Of a DNA stretch of 64,000 bases, positions 48,426 to 58,183 are shown piece by piece. The notes below the pieces were generated by a model. It ran no database searches and had not been told where the DNA came from. It was given only the letters and a program-made list of their open reading frames with translations. Each line of letters opens with the position of its first letter. The first letter of the stretch is position 1. The translations under genes and the position numbers were made by a program. Origin of the DNA: Clostridium sp. 26_21 (GTDB lineage: Bacteria > Bacillota > Clostridia > TANB77 > CAG-508); the NCBI GenBank assembly GCA_001915995.1, contig MNRO01000008.1, forward strand, positions 44,099 to 108,098. The letters are read 5' to 3'.

Positions 48426-48545
48426 TTAGCAACATCCACCTCTGTTACCACCACAGCAGCAACAAATTAAAAGTATAAGAATTATTATCCAGCAGCAGTC
48501 ATCTCCAAAACCAAAGCCACATCCACAACCTCTATTTTCTGGCAT
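48426..48545 (-). CDS. YjcZ-family tiny Cys/Gly-rich sporulation membrane protein (39 aa)
   Basis: Perfect AAGGAGGTG RBS 8 nt before ATG. MPENRGCGCGFGFGDDCCWIIILILLICCCCGGNRGGCC. It is absent from the ORF track because it is below the size cutoff. Confidence 0.6.
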   Translation of the reverse strand: MPENRGCGCGFGFGDDCCWIIILILLICCCCGGNRGGCC

Positions 48546-48692
48546 ACAAAACACCTCCTTTATAATTAAGATAAGATTTGCTAAAGAATTTTAAGTAATT
48601 CTTTAATTTTTTTCTTTTGATAATATATAATATGGAAATCAATAAAAAGTGTTACACAATAAAAAAATGAAAGAGAATTTTATCTCTTTCAT

Positions 48693-51056
48693 TTAAATTT
48701 CTTTATTAAAGTTTCCATTAGTATATTGATTTCCTTCAAGCTTTTTACCAGTTAAAACAGTTTTTATGATATCATTAATTTCAGAAATGCTTTCATCTAA
48801 AATATCAATTCTTGCAAAGTCAATAGGAAGTCCATTATATTCAATTGATGTTATTTTACTATTGTAAATAGTTGTAATTGTTTGGATATTATCTGGTATT
48901 ATTCTAAATAAAAATCCAAGTCTGTCTTTTAAATAATATTTATTTATTGAATTACATTTATGGTCACATTCTGAATAACATTTATTTGATTTTCCTAATA
49001 AACAATAATTTGAATTCATCAATGGAGTTCTTCCATAGACAATTAATTCTGTTTTTTTATTTGTATTGAAGTTTTCTAAATTAGTTTTGTTAAGTTCAGG
49101 TGATAGTGTCATTGTATTTACAGGCAATTCATTGATAGTTAAATTGTTAAATATATTGAATGTATAATTACATATAAATTCATAATCTTTGTAATCTTTT
49201 AAAAGTTCAAAATTTCCTATATTTGATAAAACAAATCCTTTTATTTTATATTTTTCTAAAATAGTTGGTAAATTATTTTTTATTAATTTATTGTAATTTT
49301 TTCTAATTATTGTTGGCATATAAATATATGTATCAAATTTTTTACAAACATCTAAAAGTAGGTGAGAAAAGTTTTTATTTATAAAATATTTGAATGGTAT
49401 ATATATTTTAGATATATTTTTTAATTCTAAATAATCATAATTTAAATTTAATGTATTTAATAATAAACTTATTTTTGTTTCTTTATGTGATGAACTTGGA
49501 TTGTTTTCTATATAATTAGCATTAGATAATCTTCTAAAACTTGAAATAAGTTTTTCTTCATATTGAGCTAATGCTTGTCTTCTAAGTTCATTAATTCCAC
49601 TAATACTTGGAACATAAAGATTTTCTCCTAATTCAATATATATATTTTCAAAATTATAAGGTGTATTATTAGTTTTACAAATTTGAGAAATAAGTCTTTC
49701 TTTTGTCATAGGTGATTTTTGAGCAGGTTCAGGAATTATATTAGAGTCAATTTTAACAGATATATTGTCATCAAATATTTTTAAAGAAATAGGGGAGTTT
49801 AAGATAACTTTCATTTCACAAGACAAGTTTCTTTTTCTAGACTCTTTTTCAATAGTTTCTAATGCAGAAGTTGTTAATTCTTTATCAGAAATTTTGAATA
49901 ATTTGTCACCTATAAAAATATCACCTTTCATTCTACCGATTTTTATTTTATCACCAATATGTGCTTCTGTAATGTTTTTATCATTTTTCATTAATTCAGA
50001 AATAGTATAAAGATTTGTTTCATGTTTTTTATTTTCAACACAAATTTTATCTCCAACATGTAGAATTTCATTAGTTTTAAATGAAATATGTCCATGATTT
50101 TTATTGAAATTTGAAATAGTTCCTAAATATATTCCCATATTATTAGATTTTTGAGGATATATTAATTTTCTATTTTCAGTAGAAGATAGATGTCCATTTG
50201 AAAATCCACCTCTATTAAATACTTGTAATAAGTCTTTTTTATCTTTCTCATCAATTTTAAAATCATTTTTTGACATTGCTAAATCAAGATATTTTCTATA
50301 AATTCTAGTAACAGTTGCAACATATTCAGGAGTTTTCATTCTGCCTTCAATTTTTAGACAAGTCACTCCAGCATTTACTAGTTGTGGTAAATATTCTAAT
50401 CCACATAAATCTCTAGGACTTAATAAATAACCCTTATCAATAGTTGTATCATTTTCTAATAATTCATAAGGTAATCTACAAGGCTGAGCACATTTACCAC
50501 GATTTCCAGAACGACCACCAACCATACTTGAAAATAAACATTGACCTGAATATGAAATACAAAGAGCACCATGTACAAATGCTTCAATTTCAACATTTGA
50601 GTTTTTGCATATATGATCAATTTCTTGAAGAGAAAGCTCTCTAGAAAGTACAACACGAGAAAAGCCCATATTTTGAAGAGTAAGAACACCTTCTAAATTA
50701 TGTACAGACATTTGTGTACTTGCATGAACAGCAAGACCAGGAAAATTTTTTATCATATAACGAGCAAGACCTAAGTCTTGAACAATTATTGCATCAATAC
50801 CATATTCATAAGCTTTTTTTGCTAAAGCTATTGCATTATACATTTCATCATTTTTTATAAGAGTATTTAAAGTTAAATTTGTTTTAACCCCTCTTATTTT
50901 TGCATAATTTATAGCTTTGGCAAGTGTATCATCATCAAAATTTGAAGCAAAAGCCCTTGCACTAAAACTATTTGCTCCAAAATATACAGCATCTGCACCA
51001 TTTTGTACAGCAGCTTTTAAACAATCAAAATCACCAACAGGTGAAAGTAATTCCAT
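48693..51056 (-). CDS. U32 family peptidase (long form with C-terminal extension)
   Basis: U32 signature E-x-F-x-H-G-A-L-C-x-S-Y-S-G-x-C (EAFVHGALCISYSGQC). About 787 aa. GGAGGA RBS favours ATG 51056 (MELLSP...) over the ORF-track start at 51074. Confidence 0.85.
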   Translation of the reverse strand: MELLSPVGDFDCLKAAVQNGADAVYFGANSFSARAFASNFDDDTLAKAINYAKIRGVKTNLTLNTLIKNDEMYNAIALAKKAYEYGIDAIIVQDLGLARYMIKNFPGLAVHASTQMSVHNLEGVLTLQNMGFSRVVLSRELSLQEIDHICKNSNVEIEAFVHGALCISYSGQCLFSSMVGGRSGNRGKCAQPCRLPYELLENDTTIDKGYLLSPRDLCGLEYLPQLVNAGVTCLKIEGRMKTPEYVATVTRIYRKYLDLAMSKNDFKIDEKDKKDLLQVFNRGGFSNGHLSSTENRKLIYPQKSNNMGIYLGTISNFNKNHGHISFKTNEILHVGDKICVENKKHETNLYTISELMKNDKNITEAHIGDKIKIGRMKGDIFIGDKLFKISDKELTTSALETIEKESRKRNLSCEMKVILNSPISLKIFDDNISVKIDSNIIPEPAQKSPMTKERLISQICKTNNTPYNFENIYIELGENLYVPSISGINELRRQALAQYEEKLISSFRRLSNANYIENNPSSSHKETKISLLLNTLNLNYDYLELKNISKIYIPFKYFINKNFSHLLLDVCKKFDTYIYMPTIIRKNYNKLIKNNLPTILEKYKIKGFVLSNIGNFELLKDYKDYEFICNYTFNIFNNLTINELPVNTMTLSPELNKTNLENFNTNKKTELIVYGRTPLMNSNYCLLGKSNKCYSECDHKCNSINKYYLKDRLGFLFRIIPDNIQTITTIYNSKITSIEYNGLPIDFARIDILDESISEINDIIKTVLTGKKLEGNQYTNGNFNKEI

Positions 51057-51130
51057 CATAAATCCTCCAATCATTATAAAAAATATTATATCATAAAAAA
51101 GATAGAAACTACAAGAAAAATTAAGGAATT

Positions 51131-51163
51131 TGTAATATAAATGTAATATAAATGTAATATAAA
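51131..51163 (+). repeat. three tandem copies of the 11-bp unit TGTAATATAAA
   Basis: Exact 3x direct repeat in the divergent intergenic region, 15 nt upstream of the -35 of the GH73 operon promoter. Confidence 0.8.
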
Positions 51164-51179
51164 AGACATAGCGTCAAGG

Positions 51180-51209
51180 TTGACTTTAAGAATGCAAAAA
51201 TGATATACT
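51180..51209 (+). promoter_or_regulatory. sigma-A promoter of the GH73 operon
   Basis: TTGACT, an 18-nt spacer, then TATACT. Confidence 0.45.
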
Positions 51210-51280
51210 ATTATCGAAAGAAAATGAAAAAAATAACAAAAGTAGAGAATATATAAAATACTGTAAGAAGAGGAGAAAAA

Positions 51281-53005
51281 ATGAAAAAAAAGGTAATTTT
51301 TATCTTAATAATGATAATTTTAATATTGCAATATTTTTGCTTTTTTACTAAAACATTTGCAGTAAATCAAACAATTAGTCAAGATATAGAAAATATAGAT
51401 TCAAATACATGTCCACAAATAAAAGAAATGATACAAAATCTAAAAAAAGAACATTCAAATTGGAATTTTAAAATATTATATACAGATTTAGATTGGAATG
51501 AGGTAATTGAAAATGAATATGTAGGACATGGTTCATCACCAAGAAACTTAGTACCAACAAGTAGTTCATATGCAGGAGAATGGATATGTCCTATTTGTGG
51601 TGATACAACATATGATTCTGGAAAATGGCATTGTGCATCACAATCTGCATTAAAATATATGATGGATCCAAGAAACTCATTAAATTCGTCAGATATTTTT
51701 CAATTTTTAGAATTAACATATACAGATTATAAAATTGAGACAATACAAGCAATGTTAAAAAAATATGATTTTTGGAATAATGAATCATACATAAATGCAA
51801 TTATAGAGGCATCAAAAAAATATAATGTAAATGTTTATTATGTAATAGCAAGAATATTACAAGAACAAGGAAATGGAACATCACCATTAGTAAAAGGTGA
51901 AGGATATAATGATCAATATATTGGGGTATATAATGTATTTAATATAGGAGCTAGTGGAAGTGGAAAAGACAATGTTATATTAAATGGACTTGCTAGGGCA
52001 GAACAAGAAGATTGGACATCAATTGAATTATCAATAGATGGAGGTGTTGAATTTATTTCAAAAGGATATATTAATAGAGGACAAAATACAATGTATCTTC
52101 AAAAATTTGATGTTGATAGTTCAGAAACTGGATTATATTGGCATCAATATCAACAAAATATAATGGCACCACAAAATGAAGGAACAAAATTAAGAGTAGC
52201 ATTTGAAGAATGTGGATCAATAGATATGGATTATACATTTATAATTCCAGTATATAAAAATATGCCAGATAATATATGTACAAAACCAAATTTAGATGAA
52301 AATAAAATAACAGAGATAGATAGTAATCTAGTTAAGTGTAATGCGGACCCAAGTTTAAGATTAAGAGATAAACCAAATGGAACATATATTGGAGAAAAAA
52401 TATATTTAAATGAAGTTGTAACAGTATTAGAAAAGGCTACAGAAAAAGTAGGTGGAACATATTGGGACTTAATAAAAAAATCTAATGGAATAGAAGGATA
52501 TGCAGCAAGAGAAACTTATGAATATGAAGAAAATTATAAATTATATTTAGTCTCTATAAAAAATATAGATGATCAGAAAAAAGATGAATCAGATAATGAT
52601 GACACAAAAGAAATAATTGAAAATGATAAAATAAGAATAAATAATAAAACCACACAGATAACATCAATTCCAAATTGTACAGTTAAAGATTTGAAAGAAA
52701 TTTTAGGAGAAGAAATAATTGTAAAAGATATAAATGGAGAAAAAATTCAAGATGATTTAAACATTGCTACAGGTTATAAAGTTGATGAAAAATATACAAT
52801 TTCAGTTTTAGGAGATGTTAATGGTGATGGAAAAATGAATTCAGCAGACTTATTAGTAATTCAAAAAGATTTATTAAAAGTAAAAAAAATTAATAATGAA
52901 TATAAAAAAATATCTGCAGATGTAAATCAAGATGGAATAATAAATTCAGCTGATTTACTGAAAATCCAAAAACAATTGTTAGGTGTTTCAAAAATAGAAA
53001 TATAA
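51281..53005 (+). CDS. secreted GH73-like N-acetylglucosaminidase with a C-terminal type-I dockerin
   Basis: Signal peptide. A glucosaminidase-like core (YYVIARILQEQGNGTSPL...NVFNIGA). The C-terminus has two Ca-binding dockerin segments (DVNGDGKMNSADLLVIQKDLL and DVNQDGIINSADLLKIQKQLL). Confidence 0.7.
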   Translation: MKKKVIFILIMIILILQYFCFFTKTFAVNQTISQDIENIDSNTCPQIKEMIQNLKKEHSNWNFKILYTDLDWNEVIENEYVGHGSSPRNLVPTSSSYAGEWICPICGDTTYDSGKWHCASQSALKYMMDPRNSLNSSDIFQFLELTYTDYKIETIQAMLKKYDFWNNESYINAIIEASKKYNVNVYYVIARILQEQGNGTSPLVKGEGYNDQYIGVYNVFNIGASGSGKDNVILNGLARAEQEDWTSIELSIDGGVEFISKGYINRGQNTMYLQKFDVDSSETGLYWHQYQQNIMAPQNEGTKLRVAFEECGSIDMDYTFIIPVYKNMPDNICTKPNLDENKITEIDSNLVKCNADPSLRLRDKPNGTYIGEKIYLNEVVTVLEKATEKVGGTYWDLIKKSNGIEGYAARETYEYEENYKLYLVSIKNIDDQKKDESDNDDTKEIIENDKIRINNKTTQITSIPNCTVKDLKEILGEEIIVKDINGEKIQDDLNIATGYKVDEKYTISVLGDVNGDGKMNSADLLVIQKDLLKVKKINNEYKKISADVNQDGIINSADLLKIQKQLLGVSKIEI

Positions 53006-53017
53006 AGGAGAAAGACA

Positions 53018-54424
53018 ATGCCAAAAAAGTTAAAAAAATATTTTATAATACTAGTTTTTTGTGCTAGTTTACTAGGGTTTAATAATTTTGTTGAAGCAGC
53101 TAGTGCAAAATTAACAGCTAGCTCAAATGAAGTAAATGTAGGTGAAGAGGTTACAGTAACAGCTAATATTGTTGCTGGTAGTTGGAATTTAACACTTACA
53201 GGTGCTGGAAAGTCAGAAGGAATAGTTGGTCAAACTAGTGAGACTGCAAATGAAACAAAAAGTGTAAATATAACATTTACACCACAAGAAGCAAATGAAT
53301 ATAAATTTCTGTTGAAAGGTGATATTACTGATTTTTCAACAGAAGTTACTGAAATGATCTCAGAAGAAATTGTAGTAAAGGCAATAGAGAAAGAAGATAC
53401 AAACCAAAATACAGATGATAATAAAATAGACAATACAAATCAAAATAATAATTCAAATATAAATAATAATACAAATAATAATACAAAAAAATCATCAGAA
53501 GCTAGATTAAGGGATTTGGGGTTAAATCCAAAACAATATGATTTTAAAGGATTTAAATCAGATATATATGAATATAATATAGAAGTTCCAAATGAAGCAG
53601 AAAAAGTATATATATATGCAACAACAAAAGACAAAAATGCAAAAGTAAAATCAGGAGATGGTAATATTGCATTAAATGAAGGAGAAAATAAAATTGAAAT
53701 TGTAGTTGTTGCAGAAGATGGAAAAACAAAGAAAACATATACATTAAATATTACAAGAAAAGCAGTTGAACAAACAACTGCACCAGAAGAACCAGTAATA
53801 GATGAGCAACCACAAACTGAATCAACAACAATTTCAACAGCAGAAGAAACTTCTTCAACAATAGTTTCAGAAAATACAAAAATAACAACTTCAACAACTA
53901 AAACAGAAAGCATATCAACTAAGGATAAAAGTCAACAAATTGTTGGAAAAGTAAATTGGATTAAACCAGAAACTTGGGGAAAAGAACAATATATTTTAAT
54001 TGCAATTTTGGCATTTTTAGTATTAACAATAATAGTTTCAATAATATTAAAAATAAAAATTAGAAAAGATGAAGAGGAAGAAATTGAATTTCCAGGTGCA
54101 GAAGAATTGGATAGAGCAATGTTTGAACATCAAGAATTATCAGATAATGAAAATTATAAAAATATGAATGATGAAAATCCATATAATACTAATTTTAATG
54201 ATGAATATTATGTATCAGATAATAATCAAGTATATGATGAACAAATAAATAATCAATTAAAAAAAGAGGAAAACAAAGACGAAAATATTTCTAATGATAA
54301 TGTATCAGAAAAAAATGATGATGAAATAGAAAGAAAGAGAATGCTTGAAGAGTATTTTTCAAACCAAAATGGAAAAAATACTGAAGAAAAAAGAGTTAAA
54401 TCTAAAGGTAAACATTTTGCTTAA
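53018..54424 (+). CDS. single-pass membrane protein with an N-terminal beta domain, a cadherin-like beta-sandwich domain, a Thr/Ser linker and an acidic cytoplasmic tail
   Basis: Signal peptide. A ~100-aa beta-rich domain. A cadherin-like domain (LRDLGLNPKQYDFKGFKSDIYEYNIEVP...YTLNITRK). A TM helix ILIAILAFLVLTIIVSIIL. An Asn/Glu/Asp-rich tail. It starts 12 nt after the dockerin gene. Confidence 0.6.
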   Translation: MPKKLKKYFIILVFCASLLGFNNFVEAASAKLTASSNEVNVGEEVTVTANIVAGSWNLTLTGAGKSEGIVGQTSETANETKSVNITFTPQEANEYKFLLKGDITDFSTEVTEMISEEIVVKAIEKEDTNQNTDDNKIDNTNQNNNSNINNNTNNNTKKSSEARLRDLGLNPKQYDFKGFKSDIYEYNIEVPNEAEKVYIYATTKDKNAKVKSGDGNIALNEGENKIEIVVVAEDGKTKKTYTLNITRKAVEQTTAPEEPVIDEQPQTESTTISTAEETSSTIVSENTKITTSTTKTESISTKDKSQQIVGKVNWIKPETWGKEQYILIAILAFLVLTIIVSIILKIKIRKDEEEEIEFPGAEELDRAMFEHQELSDNENYKNMNDENPYNTNFNDEYYVSDNNQVYDEQINNQLKKEENKDENISNDNVSEKNDDEIERKRMLEEYFSNQNGKNTEEKRVKSKGKHFA

Positions 54425-54467
54425 AGAAAAAATTACTATAAAATGGAAGAAAATGGAAGACAAATAA

Positions 54468-56837
54468 ATGAATAATATTATTAAAAAAGATGGGATAACA
54501 TTAATAGCTTTAACGGTAACAATAGTAGTGCTGTTAATAATATCTGGAGTTACAGTATCACAAATCATTGGAAGTGGAGTAATAAAACAAGTAACAACAG
54601 CAAAAGATAATACTAATAAAGCAGAAGAAAAAGAAATATTAAGAACATCAGTTATTACTGCTCTTGGAAAAAGTAGTAGAGCAAAAGTAGAAGAAGCACA
54701 TTTAAAGGTTAATTTTGAAAAGAACATAGGAGAAGAAGGAAAAGATTATACAATAACAAAAGTTCAAGAAGAAGATGGATCAAAACATTTTAATATTGAA
54801 TTTTTGAAATCAAAAAATCAATATACAATCTTAGAAGATGGAACTGTTTTAGATAGAAATGATTATGAAGGAGATATAACAACAGATTCAGAAGAGTTAT
54901 TAGTAATAGAAGTAGGAGAGACTACAACAATAACAGTAGAAACAAATTCAAATGATCCTGTAACTTGGAAATCAACAAATGAATCAGCAGCTGAAGTAAA
55001 GGTTGAAGATATAAGAAATACACATACTGCAACAATAAGAGGGGTAGCAAATTGTGATGAATTAACAATAGTAGCATCATTATCAAATGGTAAAAAAATA
55101 GAAAGAAAAGTAAAAGTACAAACAAGTCCTAAAAGTATAACAATAACTAACAAAAATAAGGTAACAATAAATTTGGGCTCAGGAGTTGATTTTGTACAAT
55201 TACAGACAAAAATTGAACCTGATACTGTTAATGTAAATCAAAATTTAACATGGAAAAGTAGTGATAACAAAATTGCTAAAGTAGATCAAAATGGTAGAGT
55301 AGTAGGATTGGCAAATGGAACAGTAATAATTACTGTAACAACACAAAATGGAAAAGAGGACTCTTGTTCAGTATTAGTACAAACAAGTCCAAAATCAATA
55401 AAGCTAAATCCAGAAACAATAACATTAGATAAAAGTGGAACAAATACTCAAATTTTGTCTGTTAGTTTTGAACCTAGTTATTCAAATATAGAAAATGCAA
55501 TAAGTTGGAGTTGTTCAGATACAAGCAAAGTTGCTATAACAGAAGTAAAAGATGAAAAAGGATCTACAAATGGAAAAATTATGGTAACTGGAAAAGCAAA
55601 TGGAACAGTAAAAATAACAGCTACTACAGCAAATAAAAAATCAACAACTGCTACAGTAATAGTACAGACAACTCCCAAATCTATATCTTTAGTTCCTAAT
55701 AGTTTAAACTTAGATATGAGTGGAACTGCAAGCAAAAAGCTTGAGGTAAGTTTTGTTCCTCAGGATTCTAATACTAAAAATGGTATAACTTGGACAAGTA
55801 GTAATCCAAGTATTGCTACTGTTGACAATTATGGAAATGTAACAGCAAAAGCAAATGGAGATACGGTAATAAAAGGAAGAACGGAAAATGGAAAAGAAGC
55901 AAGTTGTAATGTGCATGTCCAAACTAGTTTAAAAACAATATCTTTAAATAAGACAAAATTATCATTTGACATGAGTAGTGGAAGTAAGTCAGAAAGATTA
56001 AATGTTAGATTAAATCCTTCAACAGCAAATGTAAATACAGGAATAACATGGTCAAGCAGTAATACTAATGTAGCAACTGTTGATGGAAATGGTAATGTTA
56101 CGGCAGTAGGAAATGGAGGAGCAACGATTACAGCAAAAGCACAAAACGGAAGTACAGCAACATGTTCAGTTGGTGTAATAAGATCTATAGTTAGTTTATC
56201 AGTAAGTCCATCAAGTTCAAAAATATTTGTTAATGGAACAGTGCAATTAAGTAAAAGTATAAACCCATCTAATACAACAGAAGGAACTATCTGGACAAGT
56301 AGTAATACTAATGTTGCAACTGTAAATAGTAATGGACTGGTTACTGGTAAGAATGAAGGAACAGCTACAATTACATTAAAGAATTCTAATGGAAATAAAT
56401 ATGCAACATGCCAAATAAAAGTAATTGGATATAGAACATTTAGTATATCTAGAAGTTTTTGGACAACTGGAGAGGTAAATGCTGGTTGGCATGTATGTCA
56501 AGGTGAAGTAAGTTTTGGAGAAGCAAGAAATATAGTATCAATATCTGGATGGGGAAAAGTAGGTGAAACCGGAATGTGGGATGAAGTAAAGTTTGGACTA
56601 AGAATAAGAGCCTACAATGGAAGTAGCTGGGAAACATTATGGGAAGATTATGAATCAATATACCGTTGGTGGGGAGAAAGAGGCGAAATGTATAGAGATA
56701 TTTCTCTTTCATTAAACAAAAAATATACAATGTTATCATGTGATTTCTATAATGATAAGTGGATTAATAAAAATTGGTGGGCCGACGATCCTAGAGATTC
56801 AAGTTTTGGATTGACAGTAACATATTATAATGATTAA
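54468..56837 (+). CDS. giant Big_2-repeat surface protein, paralog 1 (pilin-like N-terminus, unique C-terminal domain)
   Basis: MNNIIKKDGITLIALTVTIVVLLII N-terminus, a conserved N-module, at least 6 Big_2-like repeats, and a Trp-rich ~170-aa C-terminal domain. Confidence 0.7.
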   Translation: MNNIIKKDGITLIALTVTIVVLLIISGVTVSQIIGSGVIKQVTTAKDNTNKAEEKEILRTSVITALGKSSRAKVEEAHLKVNFEKNIGEEGKDYTITKVQEEDGSKHFNIEFLKSKNQYTILEDGTVLDRNDYEGDITTDSEELLVIEVGETTTITVETNSNDPVTWKSTNESAAEVKVEDIRNTHTATIRGVANCDELTIVASLSNGKKIERKVKVQTSPKSITITNKNKVTINLGSGVDFVQLQTKIEPDTVNVNQNLTWKSSDNKIAKVDQNGRVVGLANGTVIITVTTQNGKEDSCSVLVQTSPKSIKLNPETITLDKSGTNTQILSVSFEPSYSNIENAISWSCSDTSKVAITEVKDEKGSTNGKIMVTGKANGTVKITATTANKKSTTATVIVQTTPKSISLVPNSLNLDMSGTASKKLEVSFVPQDSNTKNGITWTSSNPSIATVDNYGNVTAKANGDTVIKGRTENGKEASCNVHVQTSLKTISLNKTKLSFDMSSGSKSERLNVRLNPSTANVNTGITWSSSNTNVATVDGNGNVTAVGNGGATITAKAQNGSTATCSVGVIRSIVSLSVSPSSSKIFVNGTVQLSKSINPSNTTEGTIWTSSNTNVATVNSNGLVTGKNEGTATITLKNSNGNKYATCQIKVIGYRTFSISRSFWTTGEVNAGWHVCQGEVSFGEARNIVSISGWGKVGETGMWDEVKFGLRIRAYNGSSWETLWEDYESIYRWWGERGEMYRDISLSLNKKYTMLSCDFYNDKWINKNWWADDPRDSSFGLTVTYYND

Positions 56838-56844
56838 AATACTA

Positions 56845-56877
56845 AAAAGCGACTTAATGAAATGAGTCGCTTTTTTC
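56845..56877 (+). terminator. rho-independent terminator
   Basis: AAAGCGACT-loop-AGTCGCTTT followed by TTTTCT. Confidence 0.75.
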
Positions 56878-56888
56878 TATTATTATAC

Positions 56889-56922
56889 AAAAAAAGAAAA
56901 CATTTTAAAATGTTTTCTTTTT
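56889..56922. terminator. palindromic bidirectional terminator (serves rpmE on the minus strand)
   Basis: AAAGAAAACATTTTAAAATGTTTTCTTT flanked by A/T runs. Confidence 0.7.
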
Positions 56923-57134
56923 TATGCAAGACCATATTTTTTCTTAAATTTATCTGCTCTACCACCTTTAGTATCAAGTCTTAAGTTACCTGTCCAATAT
57001 GGATGACATTTTGAGCAAACATCTACTTTTAAATCTTTTTTTGTAGAACCAACTTCTATAACATTACCACATGCACATGTGATTGTTGTTTGATTATATG
57101 CTGGATGTATTCCTTCTTTCATTTGCAAATTCAC
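56922..57134 (-). CDS. rpmE: 50S ribosomal protein L31 (Zn-ribbon type)
   Basis: 70-aa protein with IHP near the N-terminus, and CxC...CxxC cysteines (TCACGN...CSKCHP). Confidence 0.9.
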   Translation of the reverse strand: MNLQMKEGIHPAYNQTTITCACGNVIEVGSTKKDLKVDVCSKCHPYWTGNLRLDTKGGRADKFKKKYGLA

Positions 57135-57199
57135 CTCTTTCTTACAATAGTAATTTTTGCCTTTTATTATATTACCATATCTTTATACTTTTTTCAAGC

Positions 57200-57370
57200 T
57201 TATTTGTTTAAATTTTTATTTTCTTCTTTATTGTTTTGATTTACATATGTTGCAGAAGCTTCTAACTCAGTATTTAGAGATACTTTTTTTACAAGTTTAC
57301 TTGTAATATTAAAAAGACAAGCAATTATTAAAATAAATAAACCTATTTTTTTCCAATACTTAGCTAACAT
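57200..57370 (-). CDS. possible small membrane protein (56 aa)
   Basis: AAGGAG RBS 8 nt before ATG 57370. MLAKYWKKIGLFILIIACLFNITSKLVKKVSLNTELEASATYVNQNNKEENKNLNK has one TM helix. It sits upstream of rpmE on the same strand and is not in the ORF track. Confidence 0.45.
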   Translation of the reverse strand: MLAKYWKKIGLFILIIACLFNITSKLVKKVSLNTELEASATYVNQNNKEENKNLNK

Positions 57371-57497
57371 AATAAAAACTCCTTAAAAATTTAATACATA
57401 TCAATTATATGTTTTTTTTATTGATTTGTCAATATTTTTTGAATTTTTGGACAAAATAAAGTAAAGAAAATATACATAAAAAAGAAAGGAATAAAAA

Positions 57498-58139
57498 ATG
57501 AAAAGGTTTTTGCTAATTATTGGAGTAATTATAAGTGTAATAGGAATCGAAAGTTTGATAATAAATTCAAATAATGCAAATAATTCAAATTATCAAACTC
57601 AAAGAAATAATACGGATACTAATAATGTGTCAACTAAGACTATAGAGAAAGACAATTATATTTCAAACATTCAACAATCCAAACCAACTGAAATAGAAAT
57701 TGCTAGTTTTTCTACAAAAATTCATAACAAAGAAAATGCAAGACAAAATAATATAAAAATAACATGTAATGCTTTAACAAATACAGAAATAAAATCAGGA
57801 GAAGTATTTTCATTTTGTAATACAGTTGGAAAAGCAACAGAGGAAAAAGGATATCAAGAAGCAGATATATTTGTTGATGGAAAAAAGCAAAAAGGATTTG
57901 GAGGAGGAAATTGTCAAGTAAGTACAACATTATATAATGCAGTAGCTAATGTTGATGGAATTGAAATAATAGAAAGACATGAACATAGTAATGATGTACC
58001 ATATATAGAAAAAGGAAAAGATGCGGCAGTTTCATATGGAAGTTATGATTTAAAATTTAAAAATAATACTCCAAATACAATAAAAATTATTGTCGAATTT
58101 GATGAAGAAAATATAACTGCAAAAATAATAAAAAAATAA
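57498..58139 (+). CDS. VanW family protein
   Basis: N-terminal TM helix. VanW domain with GGGNCQVSTTLYNAV. 213 aa. Confidence 0.8.
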   Translation: MKRFLLIIGVIISVIGIESLIINSNNANNSNYQTQRNNTDTNNVSTKTIEKDNYISNIQQSKPTEIEIASFSTKIHNKENARQNNIKITCNALTNTEIKSGEVFSFCNTVGKATEEKGYQEADIFVDGKKQKGFGGGNCQVSTTLYNAVANVDGIEIIERHEHSNDVPYIEKGKDAAVSYGSYDLKFKNNTPNTIKIIVEFDEENITAKIIKK

Positions 58140-58173
58140 AAGATCAGAATTTTATTAATTTCTGATCTTTTTG
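58139..58173 (+). terminator. rho-independent terminator
   Basis: AAGATCAGAA-loop-TTCTGATCTT followed by TTT. Confidence 0.75.
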
Positions 58174-58183
58174 AGTGTAAAAA

